Assembly: GCA_963844005.1 (NCBI GenBank)
Contig: CAWJMQ010000023.1
Location: 156,350-220,349 of the forward strand
Source of the DNA: an uncultured beta proteobacterium
Lineage (GTDB): Bacteria; Pseudomonadota; Gammaproteobacteria; Burkholderiales; Casimicrobiaceae
DNA: 64,000 nucleotides
Direction of reading: 5' to 3'
Numbering within the stretch: position 1 is the stretch's first letter; each line of letters opens with the position of its first letter. The position numbers and the translations under genes were made by a program. Positions 1 to 9,978 of the stretch are shown here, one piece after another. The notes below the pieces were generated by a model, which had not been told where the DNA came from, ran no database searches, and saw only the letters and a list, made by a program, of their open reading frames with translations.

Positions 1-851
1 GTCAGGATGTTGATCGACTGTTCGGCGATACCCAGGAACGAAGAGAGCTGCTCGCGCGTCATCAGCGGGGTCCCGATGTTGATCGCGATCACGACCTCGG
101 CGCCCATCGATTTCACGACGTCGACGGGAAGGTTCTTCACCAGTCCGCCATCGCCCAGCATCCGTCCGTGCACGTCGAGCGGGGCAAAGATGCCCGGCAC
201 CGACATGCTTCCGCGCATCGCGATGTAAAGCGGGCTGTGGTCGAAGACGACCTCCTTGCCGTCGACGAGGTCGGTCGCGACGGCGCGGAATGGAATCGGC
301 AGCTTGTCGAAACTCCCGATGTCGTCGTCGCGCCAGGTGAGTCCGTGCAGCAGCAGCTCGAGGTTCTGCCCCGACAGCGCGCCCGTCGAAAGCCGAAACG
401 AGAAGTCGCGGAAGCCGAGCTCGAGCGGAATCGTGTACTGCGCATCCTCGCGTTTGCGCCGCACCGAGAGTTCGCGCCGCGGCGGCTGGTCCGAGAACAA
501 TGACGGCCAGTCGAGTGAAGTGATCAGTTGCTCCATCTCGCGCGCCGACATGCCCGACGCGTAGAGGCCGCCGACGATCGCGCCCATGCTGGTCGCGGTG
601 AGGTAGTCGACCGGCACGTGCAGTTCCTCCAGCACCTTCAGAACGCCGATGTGCGTGAGACCTCGGGCGCCGCCTCCGGAAAGGACAAGTCCGATCTTCG
701 GGCGCTTTGCGGGCGTGGATGCCGGCTGGGTGTGGGCGGACGCGTCGTCGGTGCTTCCCTTGGCGGATTGCGCGAACGCCGTGTTCGGAACGACAGCCAT
801 CGCCACGGCGATTGCGGCGCCGACCAGGACACGCGCGATGTCATGCGCCAC
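1..851 (-). CDS. Patatin-like phospholipase (partial; C-terminus runs off the window)
   Basis: The reverse frame is open to the window edge, so it is absent from the ORF track. Translation gives a signal-like N-terminus (VAHDIARVLVGAAIAVAMAVVPNTAFA) and the patatin motifs GLVLSGGGARG, ATSMG (GxSxG) and LGDGG. GTG start at 851 is inferred. Confidence 0.85.
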   Translation of the reverse strand, partial: MAHDIARVLVGAAIAVAMAVVPNTAFAQSAKGSTDDASAHTQPASTPAKRPKIGLVLSGGGARGLTHIGVLKVLEELHVPVDYLTATSMGAIVGGLYASGMSAREMEQLITSLDWPSLFSDQPPRRELSVRRKREDAQYTIPLELGFRDFSFRLSTGALSGQNLELLLHGLTWRDDDIGSFDKLPIPFRAVATDLVDGKEVVFDHSPLYIAMRGSMSVPGIFAPLDVHGRMLGDGGLVKNLPVDVVKSMGAEVVIAINIGTPLMTREQLSSFLGIAEQSINIL

Positions 852-1854
852 CGGAACGCCGAGCCGGCGCGCGTTGCGGGTGCCGCACGACCTTCTCCTG
901 CATCCGCTTTACTGCGGCGACCAGTTGGCGAGCGATCCCCGGCTCGCGTACCGAGTGACCGGCATCGGGAACGACGATGTACTCGGCTTCCGGCCACGCG
1001 CGGGTGAGAAGGTCGGCGGTCACCGGCGGACAGATGACGTCGTACCGTCCCTGCACGATCGTGCAGGGCAGGTGTCGGATCCCACCGATGTTCGCGAGGA
1101 GCTCGTCCTCGTCGAGAAACGCGCGGTGGACGAAGTAATGCGCCTCGATCCGCGCGATCGAGAGCGCCGAGGCGTCGCTGTCGAAGGCCGTTGAAGCGTC
1201 CGGCGGAGGCAGCAGCTTCGAGCAGGCGCCTTCGTAGCGGTCCCACGCGTGCGCTGCAGGCAGGTGGACTGCAGGATCAGGATCGGTGAGGCGGCGATAA
1301 TAGCTGCCGAGCAGGTCTCCCCTTTCGGCAGTCGGCAGAAATTCGGCGAACGCACGCCAAGCTTCGGGAAAGATCGTACGCATTCCGTACATGAACCAGT
1401 CGAGCTCGGATGGCCGCGCGAGAAATATGCCGCGCAGCACGAGCCCGAGGCAGCGCTCCGGATGGGCTTCGGCGTACGCGAGCGCCAGCGTCGACCCCCA
1501 CGAGCCGCCGAACAGCATCCACTTGGGAATCCCGAGATAGGCGCGCAGCCTCTCGAGATCGTCGACGAGATGCTGCGTCGTGTTGTCCGTCAGTTCCGCC
1601 ACTGGCGTCGAACGGCCCGCGCCGCGCTGGTCGAAAAGCACGATGCGCCAGAACGCCGGATCGAAATAGCGGCGATGGTGCGGCAGCGAAGCACCGCCCG
1701 GTCCGCCGTGCAGGAACACGACCGGAACACCGCCGGCGTTGCCGCACGCCTCCCAGTAGAGCGTGTGTCGGCCGTCGACCGCCAGCCGGCCCGTGGCGTA
1801 CGGGTCGATCTCCGGGAAGAGGACGTCGATGCGATTTGCGTTGTCGAAGCTCAT
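841..1854 (-). CDS. pip: Proline iminopeptidase (alpha/beta hydrolase)
   Basis: Inside ORF 841..1998. Start moved to the ATG at 1854 (MSFDNANRIDVLFPEIDPY). Motifs HGGPGG and the nucleophile elbow GGSWGS match the prolyl aminopeptidase family. Confidence 0.9.
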   Translation of the reverse strand: MSFDNANRIDVLFPEIDPYATGRLAVDGRHTLYWEACGNAGGVPVVFLHGGPGGASLPHHRRYFDPAFWRIVLFDQRGAGRSTPVAELTDNTTQHLVDDLERLRAYLGIPKWMLFGGSWGSTLALAYAEAHPERCLGLVLRGIFLARPSELDWFMYGMRTIFPEAWRAFAEFLPTAERGDLLGSYYRRLTDPDPAVHLPAAHAWDRYEGACSKLLPPPDASTAFDSDASALSIARIEAHYFVHRAFLDEDELLANIGGIRHLPCTIVQGRYDVICPPVTADLLTRAWPEAEYIVVPDAGHSVREPGIARQLVAAVKRMQEKVVRHPQRAPARRSGGA

Positions 1855-1907
1855 CTGCGCGTCGCGAAGCGCTGGGGTCGGTTCACACCCTGTCGACAGA
1901 CCCGAGA

Positions 1908-2765
1908 TCAGCGCCCGCGCTTGAACGCCACGACCTGCTGCTTCTGCTCGCCGAGGCCATCTATCCCGAGCGTGACGACGTCGCCGGCGTTGAGCCACTG
2001 TTGCGGCTTCATCCCCATGCCCACACCCGGCGGCGTGCCGGTGGTGATCACGTCACCGGGAAGCAGCGTCATGTAGCGCGAGACGTCGGCGACGACAGCC
2101 GCGACGCTGAAGATCATCGTCTTCGTATTTCCGGTTTGCCTGCGCTGGCCGTTGACATCGAGCCACAACCCGAGGTTCTGCGGGTCCTTGACCGCGTCGG
2201 CGGTGACGAGCCATGGCCCCAGCGGCCCGAACGTGTCGCAACCCTTGCCCTTGTTCCACTGGCTCGCGCTCTTCTTCAGCTGAAAGTCGCGCTCGGAAAC
2301 GTCGTTGACGACGCAATAGCCGGCGACGTACCTGAGAGCGTCCTTTTCGGCGACGTAGCGTGCCGTGCGGCCGATGACCACGCCGAGCTCGACCTCCCAG
2401 TCGAGCTGTGTCGAGTCCTTCGGGACCATCACGTTGTCGTTGGCGCCGACGATGCACGTCGTCGACTTGAAGAAGACGACCGGATATTCAGGAATCGGTG
2501 AGCCGGTTTCCTTGGCGTGATCGGTGTAGTTGAGGCCGATGGCGACGAATTTCGACGGTGTCGCGACGCAGGGGCCGAGCCGCGGCCGGCCCTTGACCAG
2601 CGGGAGCTTCTTCGGGTCGAGCTTCCTGAGTTTGGCGAGTTCCCCCGGCGCGAGCGCGGCACCATCGATATCCTTCACCTTCCTCGAAAGGTCACGCAGC
2701 CTGCCGTCGGCGTCGACGAGGCCGGGTTTTTCCTTGCCTGCGGGGCCGTAACGTACGAGTTTCAT
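1908..2765 (-). CDS. Fumarylacetoacetate hydrolase (FAH) family hydrolase, 2,4-diketo-3-deoxy-acid hydrolase-like
   Basis: 285-aa ORF. FAH-fold signature stretches (VAIGLNYTDHA, DWEVELGVVIG, GDVITTGTPPGVG). Adjacent to the SDR and the dehydratase. Confidence 0.85.
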   Translation of the reverse strand: MKLVRYGPAGKEKPGLVDADGRLRDLSRKVKDIDGAALAPGELAKLRKLDPKKLPLVKGRPRLGPCVATPSKFVAIGLNYTDHAKETGSPIPEYPVVFFKSTTCIVGANDNVMVPKDSTQLDWEVELGVVIGRTARYVAEKDALRYVAGYCVVNDVSERDFQLKKSASQWNKGKGCDTFGPLGPWLVTADAVKDPQNLGLWLDVNGQRRQTGNTKTMIFSVAAVVADVSRYMTLLPGDVITTGTPPGVGMGMKPQQWLNAGDVVTLGIDGLGEQKQQVVAFKRGR

Positions 2766-2816
2766 GAAGTTCTCCAGTCTTGTCGGTTGAGAAGAGTGGG
2801 AAGTTTTCCACCGGCT

Positions 2817-3572
2817 TCAGATGGTCATGCCGCCGTCGCATGAGTACATGTTTCCTGTGACGAATGCGCTTTCGTCGGATGCCAGAAAGACCACCAGCGG
2901 CGCGATCTCCTCGGCCTTCGCGAGCCGACCCATCGGCTGACGTGCGACGAACATCTTGCGCGCTTCCGTCGGATCCGGAAACGCGCTGATGCGATCGGCG
3001 AGCGAAGGCGTGTCGACGGTTCCCGGACCGATTGCATTGCAGCGGATGCCCTTGGTCACGAAATCGGCGGCGATGGCCTTCGTAAGACCGATCACTGCGG
3101 CTTTTGATGCGCCGTAGGCAAAGCGGTTGGGCAGCCCTTTCACGCTGGACGCGATCGAACTCATGTTGATGATGCTGGAGCCGCGGCCGGTCTCGTCGAA
3201 CTTGGCCAGCATCTTCGGCAGCGCGCACCGGATCGTCATGTACATCGCCCGGACATTGAGGTTGAAGCTGAATTCCCAGTCCTTCGGCGCGCATTCGAGG
3301 ATCGTCCCGTGGTGGACATAGCCGGCGCAGTTGAACAGGATGTCCAGCGGTGGAAGTTCGCCGGCCAGCTTCGCGATGCCGGCGTCATCCAGCACGTCGA
3401 GGACACGCGGCGACACGCCGGCGACGCCGGAGTACTTCTCGAGCAGCTTCGGGTTGAGGTCGGTCGCGTAGACCTGTGCGCCTTCGCCCGCCATTGCCAC
3501 CGCGGTCGCGTGCCCGATGCCCTGTCCCGCGGCCGTGATCAGCGCGGTCTTGCCTGCGAGTCGTCCCGTCAT
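2817..3572 (-). CDS. Short-chain dehydrogenase/reductase, 2-keto-3-deoxy-acid 4-dehydrogenase-like
   Basis: 251-aa ORF. Rossmann motif TAAGQGIG and catalytic YGASK. Family resemblance to DHRS6/KDF-dehydrogenase-type SDRs. Confidence 0.85.
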   Translation of the reverse strand: MTGRLAGKTALITAAGQGIGHATAVAMAGEGAQVYATDLNPKLLEKYSGVAGVSPRVLDVLDDAGIAKLAGELPPLDILFNCAGYVHHGTILECAPKDWEFSFNLNVRAMYMTIRCALPKMLAKFDETGRGSSIINMSSIASSVKGLPNRFAYGASKAAVIGLTKAIAADFVTKGIRCNAIGPGTVDTPSLADRISAFPDPTEARKMFVARQPMGRLAKAEEIAPLVVFLASDESAFVTGNMYSCDGGMTI

Positions 3573-3618
3573 GATGCGAGTCCCTTTCCTGTAGACAATC
3601 GAGTTCGGTGCCGCCGCG

Positions 3619-4872
3619 TCAAGGGTGCAGGCGCGGCGTTACCGATTTCCTGGGATCGGCCCAGTCGCGATTGGGGACGGTCGGGTACCAGCCGGGGCGT
3701 CCGGGATCGCGATCGTAAGGGTAGCTCCCCCATTCGCGATAGAGCTCGTGATAGCGCTTGAGCTTGTCGCGGTCGAGAGAGATTCCAAGCCCGCGGCCGT
3801 CGGGGACGCTGATCGCGCCATTCCGGTATTTCATCTTGCCGCCGTCGATCACATCATCGGTCAGATGATGGTAGTGCGCGTCTGCCGCGTACCCGAGGTT
3901 TGGCAGCACCGCGCCAAGGTGCAGCATTGTCGCCAGCTGGATGCCGAGTTCGCCCGAGCTGTGCACGGCGACGCCGAGGCCCATCGTTTCGCAAACGCCC
4001 GCGGCCTTGATGCATGGCCGAATGCCGCCCCAGAACGTCGTGTCGAGCAGTATCACGTCGACGGCCCGCATCTCGACGTTCGCTGCGAGCTGCTCGAAGT
4101 TGACGACGACGGTGTTGGTCGCGATCGGTATCGACACGAAATCCTTGAGCCGCGCGAGTTGCGGCATACCCCAGACTGGGTCCTCGAAGTAGTCGTTGCG
4201 GAGGTCCTCGATCCCGCGGCCGAAATCGATCGCGTCGGCGAGTGACAGCGCGCTGTTCGGGTCGTAGCGGAAGCGGTCATCGGGAAACGCCGCGGCCAGC
4301 GCCCGGTAGCACGCAAGTTCGTATTCGGGCGGATAGACGCCGCCCTTGAGCTTGTGCACCCGAAACCCGTTCTTTTTCCGGAGCGCGGCGGCGTGCGCGA
4401 CGAGTTGGTCGGCTGTGCGTACTTCACCGCGTTTCGTTTCGGGGTTGCTGTACCGGAAAAAGAGATAGCTCGCGAACTCGACGGTGTCGCGGAGCTTGCC
4501 TCCGAGCAACGCGTGAACGGGAACGCCGAGCTTCTGCCCGATGATGTCGAGGCACGCGAACTCGATCGCGGCGTGGAGCTGTGTACGGTTGTTGTAGAGG
4601 CTCGCCGTCGGATTGCAGATTGCGAAGCGCAACGCCTCGAGCCGGAAGACGTCATGGCCCCGCAGATAGCCGGCGAGCGCGGCGAACGCGCGCGCGGAGT
4701 CCTCGCCGCCGCCGCCCATCTCGCCCAGCCCGACAAATCCATCGGCGGTTTCGACTTCGACGACGGTGCGCACGAACCGACCCCAATGCGCGCCGTTGCT
4801 GTGCAGGATCGGCGCCTCCAATGGCACGGTAACCGGCGTGGCGCGAATTGCGGAGATCGTCGTGGCGGGCAT
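3619..4872 (-). CDS. Enolase-superfamily dehydratase, glucarate dehydratase (GlucD) subgroup-like
   Basis: Inside ORF 3619..4980. Start moved to the ATG at 4872 ([10 protein letters not shown]). Motifs HKLKGG (KxK), DPN, EDP and ATN ligands, plus a GlucD-like C-terminal tail. Confidence 0.8.
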   Translation of the reverse strand: MPATTISAIRATPVTVPLEAPILHSNGAHWGRFVRTVVEVETADGFVGLGEMGGGGEDSARAFAALAGYLRGHDVFRLEALRFAICNPTASLYNNRTQLHAAIEFACLDIIGQKLGVPVHALLGGKLRDTVEFASYLFFRYSNPETKRGEVRTADQLVAHAAALRKKNGFRVHKLKGGVYPPEYELACYRALAAAFPDDRFRYDPNSALSLADAIDFGRGIEDLRNDYFEDPVWGMPQLARLKDFVSIPIATNTVVVNFEQLAANVEMRAVDVILLDTTFWGGIRPCIKAAGVCETMGLGVAVHSSGELGIQLATMLHLGAVLPNLGYAADAHYHHLTDDVIDGGKMKYRNGAISVPDGRGLGISLDRDKLKRYHELYREWGSYPYDRDPGRPGWYPTVPNRDWADPRKSVTPRLHP

Positions 4873-4968
4873 CGGACGGAGCGGAGCGCGGGGCGTCGCG
4901 AGTATGAAACGCGCCGCGACGGCCCGGGCGCATTGTACGCCGCCGGAGTCGGCCGTGACGGCTGAAAT

Positions 4969-4979
4969 TGGTAATACCA
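4969..4979. promoter_or_regulatory. Candidate FadR/GntR-type operator (perfect palindrome TGGTAATACCA)
   Basis: Perfect 5+1+5 palindrome in the divergent intergenic region between the dehydratase operon and the GntR gene. It matches the TGGTnnnACCA-type core of FadR-subfamily operators. Confidence 0.45.
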
Positions 4980-5106
4980 CTTGACCAGTTGCGGCCCGGG
5001 GACTAGCCTTCGTCCCTGACCTCCCGGCCGCGGCGGCCCGTCGAACGACCTGCTGTCACCGCCTTACCCGAGGCCCACGTACCCGACACGAGCCTCGTTT
5101 CCGTCC

Positions 5107-5814
5107 ATGCCTTTCCAGAGCATCGAACCTCGCCGGCTCTACCGGCAGATCGCTGAGCAGATCCGTGGCTTGATCCGTTCTGGCGAATATCCCGCTGGCG
5201 CGCGCTTGCCGCCGGAGCGCGATCTTGCCAAGCAGCTCGGTGTGTCGAGGCCCTCAGTTCGCGAGGCGCTGATCGCGCTCGAGGTCGAAGGCCTGGTCGA
5301 AGTGCGAATCGGGTCCGGCATCTACGTGAAGGGGCCGGCCAGGGACAGCGACGAGGATCCGACCGCGGTGCACGCGGTCGCAGGGCCTTTCGAGCTCCTG
5401 CGTGCCCGCTACGTGATCGAAAGCGAATGTGCTGCGCTTGCCGCGAAGTCGGCGAAAAAGGCGCAGATCGCTGCGATCGAGGATGCGGCGACCCAGATGC
5501 AGGACGAGTTCGACGCCGACACGCAGCCGCTCGCGGGCGACCGGTTGTTCCACGTCCGAATCGCCGAAGCAACGGGCAACGGTGCACTCGTCGCGGTCAT
5601 CAAGATGCTGTGGGAGGAGCGCACGGGCGCGCTTTACAAGCAACTCGAGCACCACTACGATTCGCCGGCGCTGTGGACCGCCGCGATGGCGGAGCACCGC
5701 GCGGTGTTGAACGCGATAACGTCGCACAATGCAACCGGCGCGCGCACCGCGATGCAGCGCCACCTGAACCAGGCTTACAAGCGCTTTTCGACGGGCTGGG
5801 ACAGCCTGCGCTGA
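5107..5814 (+). CDS. GntR family transcriptional regulator (FadR subfamily, FCD domain)
   Basis: 235-aa ORF. N-terminal winged HTH (LPPERDLAKQLGVSRPSVREALIALEVEGLVEVRIGSGIYV) and an all-helical C-terminal domain. Confidence 0.9.
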   Translation: MPFQSIEPRRLYRQIAEQIRGLIRSGEYPAGARLPPERDLAKQLGVSRPSVREALIALEVEGLVEVRIGSGIYVKGPARDSDEDPTAVHAVAGPFELLRARYVIESECAALAAKSAKKAQIAAIEDAATQMQDEFDADTQPLAGDRLFHVRIAEATGNGALVAVIKMLWEERTGALYKQLEHHYDSPALWTAAMAEHRAVLNAITSHNATGARTAMQRHLNQAYKRFSTGWDSLR

Positions 5815-5840
5815 ATTGTCGCCGACACGAGGAGACACCC

Positions 5841-6866
5841 ATGCTGGCCTGCACTATCCATGCGAAGGAAGATCTGCGGATCGAGTCCGCGACCACGCCC
5901 GAAATCGGCCCCGGCGAGGTGCTCGTGCGGTTGGGCGCCGGCGGCATCTGCGGCTCCGACCTCCACTACTATTTCGAGGGTCGCAACGGCAGCTTCGTGA
6001 TCCGCGAACCGCTGATTCCTGGACATGAAGCGTCGGGTGTCATCGCCGCTGTCGGTGCCGGCGTCACGCGCGTCAAGGTGGGCGACAAGGTCGCGGTCAG
6101 TCCGTCGCACGCCTGCGGCCGCTGCGAGGCCTGCCGTCAGGGGCGCGAACAGCTCTGTTCGAACATGAAGTTCCTCGGCAGCGCGAGCCTCTTTCCCCAT
6201 GTGCAGGGGATGTTCCAGGAATATTTCGTGATGGGCGAGCGCCAGTGTTACGCCGTCGCCGGCGACGTCTCGCTGGGTGAGCTCGCGTTTGCCGAGCCGC
6301 TCGCCGTCGGCCTGCACGCAGTGAACCGCGGAGGCGATCTTCTCGGCAAGTCCGTGCTGATCACGGGCGCGGGCACGATCGGCTGTCTCACCGTGATGGC
6401 GGCGCGGCTTGCCGGCGCGGCGCAGGTGGCCATCAGCGACGTGCTCGAACGTCCGCTCGCAAAAGCGCGCGAAGTCGGTGCCGATCGTGTCGTGCGCGCC
6501 GACCTCGATGCTGGCGCGCTTGCGTCGCCGCAGTTCGACGTCGCCTTCGAAGTGTCGGGCAATTTCGCGGCGCTCAAGTCGTGCGTCGCCAGCGCCAAGA
6601 AGGGCGCGCGAATCGTGCAAGTCGGCACGCTCCCGCACGAGCCGCTGCCGTTCGTCGTCAACGAGCTGATGGCGAAGGAGCTCGACCTTTGCGGCGCGTT
6701 CCGCTGGGGGATCGAGTTCGACTGGGCGGTCCAGTACCTGTCCACCCGGCGCGTCGATGTCCGCCCGCTGCTGACCGAACAGTTTCCGCTGAAGGATGCC
6801 GTCAGGGCGTTCGAGCTCGCCAAGGACAAGAACAGGAGCACGAAGGTGCAGGTCGTCTGCGCCTAA
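5841..6866 (+). CDS. Zn-dependent alcohol dehydrogenase, L-idonate 5-dehydrogenase/sorbitol dehydrogenase-like
   Basis: Inside ORF 5427..6866. ATG at 5841 follows GGAGACA. Motifs GHEASG, structural-Zn cysteines (CGRCEACRQGREQLC) and the NAD motif GAGTIG. Confidence 0.85.
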   Translation: MLACTIHAKEDLRIESATTPEIGPGEVLVRLGAGGICGSDLHYYFEGRNGSFVIREPLIPGHEASGVIAAVGAGVTRVKVGDKVAVSPSHACGRCEACRQGREQLCSNMKFLGSASLFPHVQGMFQEYFVMGERQCYAVAGDVSLGELAFAEPLAVGLHAVNRGGDLLGKSVLITGAGTIGCLTVMAARLAGAAQVAISDVLERPLAKAREVGADRVVRADLDAGALASPQFDVAFEVSGNFAALKSCVASAKKGARIVQVGTLPHEPLPFVVNELMAKELDLCGAFRWGIEFDWAVQYLSTRRVDVRPLLTEQFPLKDAVRAFELAKDKNRSTKVQVVCA

Positions 6867-6901
6867 CGATTTCGCCACCACCGTACATTCACGGAGGAAC
6901 C

Positions 6902-7886
6902 ATGCGTAGCGTCAAGAAACTGATACTGACCGTCGCCGCCATCGCGGTCGTCGCGGTGGTTGCTGTGGGCCCTGCGGCCGCGCAGACCAAGCTCAAATGG
7001 GCACACGTCTACGAGACCAGCGAGCCGTATCACAAGTGGTCGGTATGGGCTGCCGACGAGATCAAGAAGCGCACGTAACGGCAGGTACGAGGTCGCCGTG
7101 TTCCCGGCCTCGCAGCTCGGCAAGGAAACGGACATCAATCAGGGGCTGCAGCTCGGCACCGTGGACATCATCATCTCCGGGCTTTCCTTTGCGGCGCGGA
7201 CGATGCCCCGGATTGGCGTCGGCTACTATCCCTACACGTTTCGCGATGGTGACCACTTGGTCAAGTGGGCGCAGAGCCCGGCGTTCAAGGAGTTGACCGA
7301 CGAATACCGGCAGAAAACCGGCATCCAGATTACCGCGATGACCTACTACGGCGCGCGTCACACCACGTCGAACCGGGACTTCAATGACTGCGCTGGCATG
7401 AAGGGTCTCAAGATCAGGGTGCCGGACGTTCCGGCCTACATGGCGCTGCCGAAGAGCTGTGCCGCCAATCCCACCCCCATCGCGTTCGCCGAGGTCTACC
7501 TAGCGCTGCAGAACGGCACCGTGGAGGCGCAGGAGAATCCGCTGACGACGATCGAAGCGAAGAAGTTCTACGAGGTGCAGAAGAACGTCATCCTGACCGG
7601 GCACATCGTCGATTCGCTGGCCACCCAGGTCGCGCCGCATGTCTGGGGCAAGCTTTCCGAAGCCGACAAGAAGATCTTCACCGATGTGATGCAGGAAGCC
7701 GCCGCCGGCGCGACCGCGGATATCAAGAAGCGTGAGGCCGAACTCTCCGATGAATTCAGGAAGAAGGGCCTCAACGTGCACGCAGTCGACAAGAAACCGT
7801 TCCAGGACGCGATCATGAAGACCGTGCCGCTGGAATCGATGGGCTACGCGAAGGCCGACTGGGACAAGATACAGGCGATCAAATGA
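6902..7886 (+). pseudogene. TRAP transporter solute-binding protein (DctP family), interrupted by a single-base frameshift
   Basis: The N-terminal 58 codons, with signal peptide MRSVKKLILTVAAIAVVAVVAVGPAAA, end at an in-frame TAA at 7076-7078. The reading frame continues at 7077 in the frame of ORF 6960..7886 (NGRYEVAVFPASQLGKETD...). Deleting t7076 restores ...EIKKRTNGRYEV... Confidence 0.8.
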
Positions 7887-8004
7887 CCTAGCGGTCCAAT
7901 CGCAGCCCGCTCGGGCTTACTGTGATGGGACCCCCGCAAATCCCCGTACGGTCCGGGCAACATACTCCGGCGGAGACCCAGGGGCCGCGTGCAAGGTCGA
8001 GACC

Positions 8005-8562
8005 ATGACAACGAATGCCGAAGAGCACGTCCTCGACGCCGAGGGCCACTTTCACGCCAGCGACGAGCCAGTCGACCTTTCCGGCTACGGCTGGGAGGAC
8101 TGGCTGACGCTCGGCGTCTTCTGGCTGCTGGCGCTCGACGTCTTCTACCAGTTCTTCACACGTTACGTGCTGCAGGACTCGGCCGCGTGGACCGAGGAGA
8201 TCGCGCGCTACCTGCTGATCGTCGTCTGTTTTGTCGGCGCGTCCATGGCGGTACGCAAGAACACGCAGATCCACGTCGAATTCCTCTACCGATGGCTGGC
8301 GCGGCCTGTCGCGCGTGCTCTCTCCACGTTCGTCGACATCGTGCGCGTCGCATTCCTCAGCTACGCAACGTGGCTTACGATCCTGCTGATTCCAAGGATG
8401 CAGAACCTCAAGATGACGGTCGTCGATTTCCCGATGAGCTACATCTACGGCTTCGTGGGCCTTGGCTTCGCGATGATGACGTTTCGCGCAATCGAGGTCA
8501 CGATCCGGCACTGGCGGCAAGGCTGGAGCGTGCTCGAGCGACCGGGCGAGCAGGAGGCTTGA
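8005..8562 (+). CDS. TRAP transporter small permease (DctQ family)
   Basis: 185-aa ORF with four hydrophobic segments. Lies between the DctP-like and DctM-like genes. Confidence 0.8.
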   Translation: MTTNAEEHVLDAEGHFHASDEPVDLSGYGWEDWLTLGVFWLLALDVFYQFFTRYVLQDSAAWTEEIARYLLIVVCFVGASMAVRKNTQIHVEFLYRWLARPVARALSTFVDIVRVAFLSYATWLTILLIPRMQNLKMTVVDFPMSYIYGFVGLGFAMMTFRAIEVTIRHWRQGWSVLERPGEQEA

Positions 8563-8566
8563 GCGC

Positions 8567-9976
8567 ATGAACAGCCTCCTCCTCGGCGGGTTCGTGGCAA
8601 TCATGGCGAGCGGCGTGCCGATCGCCATCGCGATGTGCATCGCTTCGTTGCTGTACATCTGGATCTCCGGCACGATCCCGCCGCTCACCGTCGTGCACCG
8701 GATGGTTGGCGGCGTCGACAGCTTTCCGCTGCTCGCCGTGCCGTTCTTCATCTACGCCGGTAACCTGATGAACTCGGCCGGCATCACCAACCGGATTTAC
8801 AACTTCGCCCTCGCCCTGGTCGGTTGGCTGAAGGGCGGCCTCGGCCACGTCAACGTCATCGGCAGCGTGATCTTCGCCGGGATGTCGGGCACGGCGGTCG
8901 CCGATGCCGGCGGCCTCGGCACGATCGAGATCAAGGCCATGCAGGATCACGGCTATCCGACCGAGTTCGCGGTGGGCATCACTGCGGCGTCGGCGACGCT
9001 CGGCCCGATCATCCCGCCGTCGCTGCCGATGGTGATCTACGGCGTCCAGGCCAATACTTCGATCGGCAAGCTGTTTGCAGGCGGCTTCCTCCCCGGTGCG
9101 GTGATGGCGATCTTCATGATGATCATGGTCGGCTATTACGCGCACGTACGGAAGTACGGTGCCGACATCGCGTTCTCGTGGCCGCGGATGGGCCGTGCGT
9201 TCCTGGAATCGGGGGCGATCGCGATCACTGCGACCGTGCTCTACGTCCTTTGGTCGAACGAGACGCTCGGTGGCTTCGTACGCTTCGGCATTCCGCTGAT
9301 CGCGGTGATGGTCGCCGACAAGCTGTTCAAGTTCGAGGCATTCATGGCGCTGCTGACGCCGGTGATTCTGATCGGTGGCATGGCGAGCGGCCTGTTCACG
9401 CCGACCGAGGCCGCGGTTGCCGCGGTGGCATGGGCGCTCTTCCTCGGCTTCGCGTGGTACCGGACGCTCAACTGGCGGATGCTGATCAAGGTCTCGATGG
9501 AGACGATCGAGACCACCGCCACCGTGCTCTTCATCGTCGCCAGCGCGTCGATTTTTGCGTGGGTGCTGACAACGACCCAGATCACCGATGCGATCGCGCA
9601 GTGGGTACTGTCGATCTCGGACTCGCCTGCGGTGTTTCTGCTGCTCGCGAACATCTTCCTGCTCTTCGTCGGCTGCTTCATGGAGACGATCGCCGCGATC
9701 ACGATCCTGGTGCCCGTGTTCATGCCGATCATCGCGAAGCTCGGCATCGACCCGGTGCATTTCGGGCTCGTCATGGTGCTGAACCTGATGATCGGACTGC
9801 TGACGCCGCCGGTCGGGATGGTGCTTTTCATCCTGCAGAAGGTGGCGAAGATCTCGTTCGAGCAGACGGTGAAGGCGGTATTGCCGTGGCTGTGGCCACT
9901 GCTCGCGACCCTTGCGCTCATCACCTACGTGCCGTCGCTCGTGCTATGGCTGCCCGGGATCATTTACGGCAAGTAG
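8567..9976 (+). CDS. TRAP transporter large permease (DctM family)
   Basis: 469-aa polytopic membrane ORF. SD CAGGAGG upstream. Typical DctM stretches (AVPFFIYAGNLMN, GMSGTAVAD). Confidence 0.9.
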   Translation: MNSLLLGGFVAIMASGVPIAIAMCIASLLYIWISGTIPPLTVVHRMVGGVDSFPLLAVPFFIYAGNLMNSAGITNRIYNFALALVGWLKGGLGHVNVIGSVIFAGMSGTAVADAGGLGTIEIKAMQDHGYPTEFAVGITAASATLGPIIPPSLPMVIYGVQANTSIGKLFAGGFLPGAVMAIFMMIMVGYYAHVRKYGADIAFSWPRMGRAFLESGAIAITATVLYVLWSNETLGGFVRFGIPLIAVMVADKLFKFEAFMALLTPVILIGGMASGLFTPTEAAVAAVAWALFLGFAWYRTLNWRMLIKVSMETIETTATVLFIVASASIFAWVLTTTQITDAIAQWVLSISDSPAVFLLLANIFLLFVGCFMETIAAITILVPVFMPIIAKLGIDPVHFGLVMVLNLMIGLLTPPVGMVLFILQKVAKISFEQTVKAVLPWLWPLLATLALITYVPSLVLWLPGIIYGK

Positions 9977-9978
9977 CG

